Of a DNA stretch of 64,000 nt, positions 53,201 to 64,000 are shown in pieces. Position 1 is the stretch's first letter; each line of letters opens with the position of its first letter. The notes under the pieces were generated by a model, which did no database searches, was not told where the DNA came from, and saw only the letters and a list, made by a program, of their open reading frames with translations. This stretch comes from Auanema rhodensis. Taxonomy: Eukaryota > Animalia > Nematoda. The DNA lies in NCBI GenBank assembly GCA_964057225.1, contig OZ059899.1, positions 10,106,001 through 10,170,000 of the forward strand, read 5' to 3'. The translations under genes were made by a program, and so were the position numbers.

Positions 53201-56200
53201 TTGGGATGGAAATTAGAAGGAAAAGAACTAGTTTTTCCTACTTTAAAACAAACAATAAGAAATAAAATAAAAAAGATTGTTAGATATCCAATTTAAACTT
53301 ATACATTTACTTCGATAGAGAGCCTATTAGTTTGAAATTTTATGTCTTACAGTTCTCCAACAGAACAGACTGATCCTGATTTCTCTATGATTACATAAAA
53401 CTCTCGTTTGATATAAAAAAAGAAGAGGAATAACGTTTCCAGGATGTCAATGATATCGAATCTAGTGATATTGTAGAAAAATGTAATGTCAGCTCCATAG
53501 GTTTTCTCTTAATTTCTCTCATCACAATTGTCTTAGTTTTTTTTCTCAAAAGAGTTTCTGAAATCTTAGGTGAACAAGGCCGTATATATTTTTTTCTGGA
53601 ATTCGAAAGCATTTGGGATGGAAATTGGAAAGAAAAGAACTAGTTTTTCCTACTTTAAAACAAACAATGAGAAATAAAATGAAAAAGATTGTTAGATATC
53701 CAATTTAAACTTATACATTTACTTCGATAAAAAGCCTATTAGATTGAAATTTTATGTCTTACAGTTCTCCAACAGAACAGACTGATCCTGATTTCTCTAT
53801 GATTACATAAAACTCTCGTTTGATATAAAAAAAGAAGAGGAATAACGTTTCCAGGATGTCAATGATATCGAATCTAGTGATATTGTAGAAAAATGTAATG
53901 TCAGCTCCATAGGTTTTCTCTTAATTTCTCTCATCACAATTGTCTTAGTTTTTTTTCTCAAAAGAGTTTCTGAAATCTTAGGTGAACAAGGCCGTATATA
54001 TTTTTTTCTGGAATTCGAAAGCATTTGGGATGGAAATTGGAAAGAAAAGAACTAGTTTTTCCTACTTTAAAACAAACAATGAGAAATAAAAAAAAAAAGA
54101 TTGTTAGATATCCAATTTAAACTTATACATTTACTTCGATAAAAAGCCTATTAGTTTGAAGTTTTATGTCTTACAGTTCTCCAACAGAACAGACTGATCC
54201 TGATTTCTCTATGATTACATTAAACTCTCGTTTGATATAAAAAAAGAAGAGGAATAACGTTTCCAGGATGTCAATGATATCGAATCTAGTGATATTGTAG
54301 AAAAATGTAATGTCAGCTCCATAGGTTTTCTCTTAATTTCTCTCATCACAATTGTCTTAGTTTTTTTTCTCATAAGAGTTTCTGAAATCTTAGGTGAACA
54401 AGGCCGTATATATTTTTTTCTGGAATTCGAAAGCATTTGGGATGGATATTAGAAGGAAAAGAACTAGTTTTTCCTACTTTAAAACAAACAATAAGAAATA
54501 AAATAAAAAAGATTGTTAGATATCCAATTAAAACTTATACATTTACTTTGATAAAGAGCCTATTAGATTGAAATTTTATGTCTTACAGTTCTCCAACAGA
54601 ACAGACTGATCCTGATTTCTCTATGATTACATAAAACTCTCGTTTGATATAAAAAAAGAAGAGGAATAACGTTTCCAGGATGTCAATGATATCGAATCTA
54701 GTGATATTGTAGAAAAATGTAATGTCAGCTCTATAGGTTTTCTCTTAATTTCTCTCATCACAATTGTCTTAGTTTTTTTTCTCATAAGAGTTTCTGAAAT
54801 CTTAGGTGAACAAGGCCGTATATATTTTTTTCTGGAATTCGAAAGCATTTGGGATGGAAATTAGAAAGAAAAGAACTAGTTTTTCCTACTTTAAAACAAA
54901 CAATAAGAAATAAAATAAAAAAGATTGTTAGATATCCAATTTAAACTTATACATTTACTTCGATAAAGAGCCTATTAGTTTGAAATTTTATGTCTTACAG
55001 TTCTCCAACAGAACAGACTGATCCTGATTTCTCTATGATTACATAAAACTCTCGTTTGATATAAAAAAAGAAGAGGAATAACGTTTCCAGGATGTCAATG
55101 ATATCGAATCTAGTGATATTGTAGAAAAATGTAATGTCAGCTCCATAGGTTTTCTCTTAATTTCTCTCATCACAATTGTCTCAGTTTTTTTTCTCATAAG
55201 AGTTTCTGAAATCTTAGGTGAACAAGGCCGTATATATTTTTTTCTGGAACTCGAAAGCATTTGGGATGGAAATTAGAAAGAAAAGAACTAGTTTTTCCTA
55301 CTTTCAAACAAACAATAAGAAATAAAATAAAAAAGATTGTTAGATATCCAATTTAAACTTATACATTTACTTCGATAAAGAGCCTATTAGTTTGAAATTT
55401 TATGTCTTACAGTTCTCCAACAGAACAGACTGATCCTGATTTCTCTATGATTACATAAAACTCTCGTTTGATATAAAAAAAGAAGAGGAATAACGTTTCC
55501 AGGATGTCAATGATATCGAATCTAGTGATATTGTAGAAAAATGTAATGTCAGCTCCATAGGTTTTCTCTTAATTTCTCTCATCACAATTGTCTCAGTTTT
55601 TTTTCTCATAAGAGTTTCTGAAATCTTAGGTGAACAAGGCCGTATATATTTTTTTCTGGAATTCGAAAGCATTTGGGATGGAAATTAGAAGGAAAAGAAC
55701 TAGTTTTTCCTACTTTAAAACAAACAATAAGAAATAAAATAAAAAAGATTGTTAGATATCCAATTTAAACTTATACATTTACTTCGATAAAGAGCCTATT
55801 AGTTTGAAATTTTATGTCTTACAGTTCTCCAACAGAACAGACTGATCCTGATTTCTCTATGATTACATAAAACTCTCGTTTGATATAAAAAAAAGAAGAG
55901 GAATAACGTTTCCAGGATGTCAATGATATCGAATCTAGTGATATTGTAGAAAAATGTAATGTCAGCTCCATAGGTTTTCTCTTAATTTCTCTCATCACAA
56001 TTGTCTTAGTTTTTTTTCTTATAAGAGTTTCTGAAATCTTAGGTGAACAAGGCCGTATATATTTTTTTCTGGAATTCGAAAGCATTTGGGATGGATATTA
56101 GAAGGAAAAGAACTAGTTTTTCCTACTTTAAAACAAACAATAAGAAATAAAATAAAAAAGATTGTTAGATATCCAATTTAAACTTATACATTTACTTTGA

Positions 56201-58600
56201 TAAAGAGCCTATTAGATTGAAATTTTATGTCTTACAGTTCTCCAACAGAACAGACTGATCCTGATTTCTCTATGATTACATAAAACTCTCGTTTGATATA
56301 AAAAAAGAAGAGGAATAACGTTTCCAGGATGTCAATGATATCGAATCTAGTGATATTGTAGAAAAATGTAATGTCAGCTCCATAGGTTTTCTCTTAATTT
56401 CTCTCATCACAATTGTCTTAGTTTTTTTTCTCAAAAGAGTTTCTGAAATCTTAGGTGAACAAGGCCGTATATATTTTTTTCTGGAATTCGAAAGCATTTG
56501 GGATGGAAATTGGAAAGAAAAGAACTAGTTTTTCCTACTTTAAAACAAACAATGAGAAATAAAAAAAAAAAGATTGTTAGATATCCAATTTAAACTTATA
56601 CATTTACTTCGATAAAGAGCCTATTAGTTTGAAGTTTTATGTCTTACAGTTCTCCAACAGAACAGACTGATCCTGATTTCTCTATGATTACATTAAACTC
56701 TCGTTTGATATAAAAAAAGAAGAGGAATAACGTTTCCAGGATGTCAATGATATCGAATCTAGTGATATTGTAGAAAAATGTAATGTCAGCTCCATAGGTT
56801 TTCTCTTAATTTCTCTCATCACAATTGTCTTAGTTTTTTTTCTCATAAGAGTTTCTGAAATCTTAGGTGAACAAGGCCGTATATATTTTTTTCTGGAATT
56901 CGAAAGCATTTGGGATGGATATTAGAAGGAAAAGAACTAGTTTTTCCTACTTTAAAACAAACAATAAGAAATAAAATAAAAAAGATTGTTAGATATCCAA
57001 TTAAAACTTATACATTTACTTTGATAAAGAGCCTATTAGATTGAAATTTTATGTCTTACAGTTCTCCAACAGAACAGACTGATCCTGATTTCTCTATGAT
57101 TACATAAAACTCTCGTTTGATATAAAAAAAGAAGAGGAATAACGTTTCCAGGATGTCAATGATATCGAATCTAGTGATATTGTAGAAAAATGTAATGTCA
57201 GCTCTATAGGTTTTCTCTTAATTTCTCTCATCACAATTGTCTTAGTTTTTTTTCTCATAAGAGTTTCTGAAATCTTAGGTGAACAAGGCCGTATATATTT
57301 TTTTCTGGAATTCGAAAGCATTTGGGATGGAAATTAGAAAGAAAAGAACTAGTTTTTCCTACTTTAAAACAAACAATAAGAAATAAAATAAAAAAGATTG
57401 TTAGATATCCAATTTAAACTTATACATTTACTTCGATAAAGAGCCTATTAGTTTGAAATTTTATGTCTTACAGTTCTCCAACAGAACAGACTGATCCTGA
57501 TTTCTCTATGATTACATAAAACTCTCGTTTGATATAAAAAAAGAAGAGGAATAACGTTTCCAGGATGTCAATGATATCGAATCTAGTGATATTGTAGAAA
57601 AATGTAATGTCAGCTCCATAGGTTTTCTCTTAATTTCTCTCATCACAATTGTCTCAGTTTTTTTTCTCATAAGAGTTTCTGAAATCTTAGGTGAACAAGG
57701 CCGTATATATTTTTTTCTGGAACTCGAAAGCATTTGGGATGGAAATTAGAAAGAAAAGAACTAGTTTTTCCTACTTTAAAACAAACAATAAGAAATAAAA
57801 TAAAAAAGATTGTTAGATATCCAATTTAAACTTATACATTTACTTCGATAAAGAGCCTATTAGTTTGAAATTTTATGTCTTACAGTTCTCCAACAGAACA
57901 GACTGATCCTGATTTCTCTATGATTACATAAAACTCTCGTTTGATATAAAAAAAGAAGAGGAATAACGTTTCCAGGATGTCAATGATATCGAATCTAGTG
58001 ATATTGTAGAAAAATGTAATGTCAGCTCCATAGGTTTTCTCTTAATTTCTCTCATCACAATTGTCTCAGTTTTTTTTCTCATAAGAGTTTCTGAAATCTT
58101 AGGTGAACAAGGCCGTATATATTTTTTTCTGGAATTCGAAAGCATTTGGGATGGAAATTAGAAGGAAAAGAACTAGTTTTTCCTACTTTAAAACAAACAA
58201 TAAGAAATAAAATAAAAAAGATTGTTAGATATCCAATTTAAACTTATACATTTACTTCGATAAAGAGCCTATTAGTTTGAAATTTTATGTCTTACAGTTC
58301 TCCAACAGAACAGACTGATCCTGATTTCTCTATGATTACATAAAACTCTCGTTTGATATAAAAAAAAGAAGAGGAATAACGTTTCCAGGATGTCAATGAT
58401 ATCGAATCTAGTGATATTGTAGAAAAATGTAATGTCAGCTCCATAGGTTTTCTCTTAATTTCTCTCATCACAATTGTCTTAGTTTTTTTTCTTATAAGAG
58501 TTTCTGAAATCTTAGGTGAACAAGGCCGTATATATTTTTTTCTGGAATTCGAAAGCATTTGGGATGGATATTAGAAGGAAAAGAACTAGTTTTTCCTACT
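50300..58600 (+). repeat. 5-mer (2060 bp) and 6-mer (2473 bp) higher-order repeats of the 412-bp monomer (boundaries approximate)
   Basis: 50919->52979 and 51743->53803 (2060); 54215->56688, 55039->57512 (GGAACTCG allele) and 55819->58292 (2473). Confidence 0.87.
50306..50717 (+). repeat. Example A monomer (412 bp): tRNA-less, junction GAACAA-GGCCG-TATATATTT
   Basis: TTCGAAAG at 50306 to the next at 50718. Confidence 0.93.
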
Positions 58601-61600
58601 TTAAAACAAACAATAAGAAATAAAATAAAAAAGATTGTTAGATATCCAATTAAAACTTATACATTTACTTCGATAAAGAGCCTATTAGTTTGAAATTTTA
58701 TGTCTTACAGTTCTCCAACAGAACAGACTGATCCTGATTTCTCTATGATTACATAAAACTCTCGTTTGATATACAAAAAGGAGAGGAATAACGTTTCCAG
58801 GATGTCAATGATATCGAATCTAGTGGTATTGTAAAAAAATGTAATGTCAGCTCCATAGGTTTTCTCTTAATTTCTCTCATCACAATTGTCTTAGTTTTTT
58901 TTCTCATAAGAGTTTCTGAAATCTTAGGTGAACAAGGCCGTATATATTTTTTTCTGGAATTCGAAAGCATTTGGGATGGAAATTAGAAGAAAAGAACTAG
59001 TTTTTCCTACTTTAAAACAAACAATAAGAAATAAAATAAAAAAGATTGTTAGATATCCAATTTAAACTTATACATTTATTTCGATAAAGAGCCTATTAGT
59101 TTGAAATTTTATGTCTTACAGTTCTCCAACAGAACAGACTGATCCTGATTTCTCTATGATTACATAAAACTCTCGTTTGATATAAAAAAAGAAGAGGAAT
59201 AACGTTTCCAGGATGTCAATGATATCGAATCTAGTGATATTGTAAAAAAATGTAATGTCAGCTCCATAGGTTCTCTCTTAATTTCTCTCATCACAATTGT
59301 CTTAGTTTTTTTTCTTATAAGAGTTTCTGAAATTTTAGGTGAACAAGGCCGTATATATTTTTTTCTGGAATTCGAAAGCATTTGGGATGGAAATTAGAAA
59401 GAAAAGAACTAGTTTTTCCTACTTTAAAACAAACAATAAGAAATAAAATAAAAAAGATTGTTAGATATCCAATTTAAACTTATACATTTACTTCGATAAA
59501 GAGCCTATTAGTTTGAAATTTTATGTCTTACAGTTCTCCAACAGAACAGACTGATCCTGATTTCTCTATGATTACATAAAACTCTCGTTTGATATAAAAA
59601 AAGAAGAGGAATAACGTTTCCAGGATGTCAATGATATCGAATCTAGTGATATTGTAGAAAAATGTAATGTCAGCTCCATAGGTTTTCTCTTAATTTCTCT
59701 CATCACAATTGTCTTAGTTTTTTTCTCATAAGAGTTTCTGAAATCTTAGGTGAACAAGGCCGTATATATTTTTTTCTGGAATTCGAAAGCATTTGGGATG
59801 GAAATTAGAAAGAAAAGAACTAGTTTTTCCTATTTTAAAACAAACAAAAAAAAAATAAAATGAAAAAGTTTGTTAGATATCCAATTTAAACTTATACATT
59901 TACTTCGATAAAGAGCCTATTAGTTTGAAATTTTATGTCTTACAGTTCTCCAACAGAACAGACTGATCCTGATTTCTCTATGATTACATAAAACTCTCGT
60001 TTGATATAAAAAAAGAAGAGGAATAACGTTTCCAGGATGTCAATGATATCGAATCTAGTGATATTGTAGAAAAATGTAATGTCAGCTCCATAGGTTTTCT
60101 CTTAATTTCTCTCATCACAATTGTCTTAGTTTTTTTTCTCATTAGAGATTCTGAAATCTTAGGTGAACAAGGCCGTATATGTTTTTTTCTGGAATTCGAA
60201 AGCATTTGGGATGGACATTAGAAGGAAAAGAACTAGTTTTTCCTACTTTAAAACAAACAAAAAAAAATGAAATGAAAAAGATTGTTAGATATCCAATTTA
60301 AACTTATACATTTACTTCGATAAAGAGCCTATTAGTTTGAAATTTTATGTCTTACAGTTCTCCAACAGAACAGACTGATCCTGATTTCTCTATGATTACA
60401 TAAAACTCTCGTTTGATATAAAAAAAAAAGAGGAATAACGTTTCCAGGATGTCAATGATATCGAATCTAGTGATATTGTAGAAAAATGTAATGTCAGCTC
60501 CATAGGTTTTCTCTTAATTTCTCTCATCACAATTGTCTTAGTTTTTTTTCTCATTAGAGATTCTGAAATCTTAGGTGAACAAGGCCGTATATGTTTTTTT
60601 CTGGAATTCGAACGCATTTGGGATGGACATTAGAAGGAAAAGAACTAGTTTTTCCTACTTTAAAACAAACAAAAAAAAATGAAATGAAAAAGATTGTTAG
60701 ATATCCAATTTAAACTTATACATTTACTTCGATAAAGAGCCTATTAGTTTGAAATTTTATGTCTTACAGTTCTCCAACAGAATAGACTGATCCTGATATT
60801 TCTACGATTACATAAAACTCTCGTTTGATATAAAAGCATATTGGATAGAAATTTCGAAAGCATTTGGGATGGAAATTAGAAAGAAAAGAACTAGTTTTTC
60901 CTACTTTAAAACAAACAATAAGAAATAAAATAAAAAAGATTGTTAGATATCCAATTTAAACTTATACATTTACTTCGATAAAGAGCCTATTAGTTTGAAA
61001 TTTTATGTCTTACAGTTCTCCAACAGAACAGACTGATCCTGATTTCTCTATGATTACATAAAACTCTCGTTTGATATAAAAAAAGAAGAGGAATAACGTT
61101 TCCAGGATGTCAATGATATCGAATCTAGTGATATTGTAGAAAAATGTAATGTCAGCTCCATAGGTTTTCTCTTAATTTCTCTCATCACAATTGTCTTAGT
61201 TTTTTTCTCATAAGAGTTTCTGAAATCTTAGGTGAACAAGGCCGTATATATTTTTTTCTGGAATTCGAAAGCATTTGGGATGGAAATTAGAAAGAAAAGA
61301 ACTAGTTTTTCCTATTTTAAAACAAACAAAAAAAAATAAAATGAAAAAGTTTGTTAGATATCCAATTTAAACTTATACATTTACTTCGATAAAGAGCCTA
61401 TTAGTTTGAAATTTTATGTCTTACAGTTCTCCAACAGAACAGACTGATCCTGATTTCTCTATGATTACATAAAACTCTCGTTTGATATAAAAAAAGAAGA
61501 GGAATAACGTTTCCAGGATGTCAATGATATCGAATCTAGTGATATTGTAGAAAAATGTAATGTCAGCTCCATAGGTTTTCTCTTAATTTCTCTCATCACA

Positions 61601-63129
61601 ATTGTCTTAGTTTTTTTTCTCATTAGAGATTCTGAAATCTTAGGTGAACAAGGCCGTATATGTTTTTTTCTGGAATTCGAAAGCATTTGGGATGGACATT
61701 AGAAGGAAAAGAACTAGTTTTTCCTACTTTAAAACAAACAAAAAAAAATGAAATGAAAAAGATTGTTAGATATCCAATTTAAACTTATACATTTACTTCG
61801 ATAAAGAGCCTATTAGTTTGAAATTTTATGTCTTACAGTTCTCCAACAGAACAGACTGATCCTGATTTCTCTATGATTACATAAAACTCTCGTTTGATAT
61901 AAAAAAAAAAGAGGAATAACGTTTCCAGGATGTCAATGATATCGAATCTAGTGATATTGTAAAAAAATGTAATGTCAGCTCCATAGGTTTTCTCTTAATT
62001 TCTCTCATCACAATTGTCTTAGTTTTTTTTCTTATAAGAGTTTCTGAAATTTTAGGTGAACAAGGCCGTATATATTTTTTTCTGGAATTCGAAAGCATTT
62101 GGGATGGAAATTAGAAAGAAAAGAACTAGTTTTTCCTATTTTAAAACAAACAAAAAAAATAAAATGAAAAAGATTGTTAGATATCCAATTTAAACTTATA
62201 CATTTACTTCGATAAAGAGCCTATTAGTTTGAAATTTTATGTCTTACAGTTCTCCAACAGAACAGACTGATCCTGATATTTCTACGATTACATAAAACTC
62301 TCGTTTGATATAAAAGCATATTGGATAGAAATTTCGAAAGCATTTGGGATGGAAATTAGAAAGAAACAAACTAGTTTTTCCTACTTTAAAACAAACAATG
62401 AGAAACAAAATGAAAAGATTGTTAGATATCCAATTTTAACTTATACATTTACTTCGATGAAGAGCCTATTAGATTGAATTTTTATGTCTTACAGTTCTCC
62501 AACAGAACAGACTGATCCTGATTTTTCTACGATTACATAAAACTCTCGTTTGATATACAAAAAGGAGAGGAATAACGTTTCCAGGATATCAATGATATCG
62601 AATCTAGTGATATTGTAGAAAAATGTAATGTCAGCTCCATAGGTTTTCTTTTAATTTCTCTCATCACAATTGTCTCAGTTTTTTTTCTCATAAGAGTTTC
62701 TGAAATCTTAGGTGTACAAGGCCGTATATATTTTCCTGGAATTCGAAAGGATTTGGGATGGAAATTAGAAAGAAAAGAACTAGTTTTTCCTACTTTAAAA
62801 CAAACAATAGGAGATAAAATGAAAAAGATTGTTAGATATCCAATTTAAACTTATACATTTACTTCGATAAAGAGCCTATTAGTTTGAAATTTTATGTCTT
62901 ACAGTTCTACAACAGAACAGACTGATCCTGATTTCTCTATGATTACATAAAACTCTCGTTTGATATACAAAAAGGAGAGGAATAACGTTTCCAGGATATC
63001 AATGATATCGAATCTAGTGATATTGTAGAAAAATGTAATGTCAGCTCCATAGGTTTTCTCTTAATTTCTCTCATCACAATTGTCTTAGTTTTTTTTCTCA
63101 TAAGAGTTTCTGAAATCTTAGTTGATCAA

Positions 63130-63202
63130 GGCCGCGTGGCGCAATGGATAACGCGTCTGCCTACGGAGCAGAAGATTGTAGGTTCGAATCCTGCCGTGGT
63201 CG
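63130..63202 (+). tRNA. tRNA-Arg(ACG): tRNA-Arg(ACG), copy 33
   Basis: Identical to copy 1; same context as copy 31, 16948 bp away. Confidence 0.97.
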
Positions 63203-64000
63203 TAAATTTTTTTCATTTCTCTTGTCATTTACAAAAATCGAATTTATCTTCTTCAACCATTTTTTTTGCAATGTGTCATAAGAATTTCACAGTTGAACAG
63301 AACGTTTTTTAAGAAGATTTTTTGTTGTCAACATATATATTTTTCTGGAATTCGAAAGCATTTGGGATGGAAATTAGAAAGAAAAGAACTAGTTTTTCCT
63401 ACTTTAAAACAAACAATAAAAAATGAAATGAAAAAGATTGTTAGATATTCAATTTAAACTTATACATTTACTTCGATAAAGAGCCTATTAGATTGAAATT
63501 TTATGTCTTACAGTTCTCCAACAGAACAGACTGATCCTGATTTTTCTACGATTACATAAAACTCTCGTTTGATATACAAAAAGGAGAGGAATAACGTTTC
63601 CAGGATGTCAATGATATCGAATCTAGTGATATTGTAGAAAAATGTAATGTCAGCTCCATAGGTTTTCTCTTAATTTCTCTCATCACAATTGTCTTAGTTT
63701 TTTTTCTCAAAAGAGTTTCTGAAATCTTAGGTGAACAAGGCCGTATATATTTTTTTCTGGAATTCGAAAGCATTTGGGATGGAAATTGGAAAGAAAAGAA
63801 CTAGTTTTTCCTACTTTAAAACAAACAATGAGAAATAAAATGAAAAAGATTGTTAGATATCCAATTTAAACTTATACATTTACTTCGATAAAAAGCCTAT
63901 TAGATTGAAATTTTATGTCTTACAGTTCTCCAACAGAACAGACTGATCCTGATTTCTCTATGATTACATAAAACTCTCGTTTGATATAAAAAAAGAAGAG

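Larger units (their letters stand above)
1..64000 (+). repeat. Complex tandem (satellite-like) array of T, A and S monomers containing tRNA-Arg(ACG) genes; runs off both window ends
   Basis: The core TTCGAAAGCATTTGGGATGGAAATTAG...TCTTACAGTTCTCCAACAGAACAGACTGATCCTGAT...CTCTCGTTTGATATA recurs every ~246, ~410 or ~607 bp throughout, always in the same orientation; no unique DNA seen. Confidence 0.99.
33701..64000 (+). repeat. tRNA-poor domain: homogeneous ~412-bp satellite (A monomer) with occasional S monomers and 3 tRNA genes
   Basis: 411-413 bp periodicity, visible in the repeated minus-strand 73-aa ORFs (e.g. 50095, 50507, 50919, 51331). Diagnostic alleles: GGATGTCAATG, TTAGGTGAAC, GGCCGTATATATTTTTTTCTGG. 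Confidence 0.95.

Noticed and set aside
5722-63457. Plus-strand 63/76-aa ORFs (MQCVIRISQLN..., MYKNQIYLL...)
   Set aside because: They lie in the tRNA trailer and the next core, mostly start at TTG, and are interrupted by stops in many sister copies; chance ORFs in AT-rich repeats.
26396-63773. About 55 copies of a minus-strand 60-94 aa ORF (MLSNSRKKYIRPCSPK...)
   Set aside because: It is the antisense reading of the 412-bp monomer and spans the tRNA-deletion junction. It is freely frameshifted by homopolymer changes, absent from most left-domain monomers, and has no recognisable domain.
1-64000. CRISPR array or other prokaryotic repeat-spacer system
   Set aside because: There are no unique spacers, units are 246-607 bp, no cas genes are present, and the tRNA has eukaryotic Pol III features without an encoded CCA.
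1-64000. Telomeric repeats, rRNA/5S, snRNA or spliced-leader genes, or inversions inside the array
   Set aside because: I saw no TTAGGC/TTAGGG tracts, no GC-rich island other than the tRNA, and no strand switch.

Overview
The whole 64 kb is one AT-rich, head-to-tail tandem repeat array with no unique sequence and no credible protein-coding gene. It is built from three nested monomers that share a 5' core starting TTCGAAAGCATTTGGGATGGAAATTAG. T (~607 bp) carries an intact eukaryotic tRNA-Arg(ACG) gene with Pol III A/B boxes and an oligo-T terminator. A (~407-412 bp) equals T minus ~199 bp and keeps only GGCCG, the first 5 nt of the tRNA. S (~246 bp) is the core alone, closed by a degenerate 21-bp duplication. 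I count 33 complete + strand tRNA-Arg(ACG) genes plus a 5-nt tail at the window start. Thirty lie in 1-33.7 kb (about one per 1.1 kb); only three lie in 33.7-64 kb, where a homogeneous tRNA-less 412-bp satellite dominates. Monomers form nested higher-order repeats (about 2.1, 2.3, 2.5, 2.7, 3.1, 3.5 and 13-17 kb). From memory the tRNA looks nematode-like (unverified). All ORFs in the track are repeat by-products. Counts and comparisons were made by eye.
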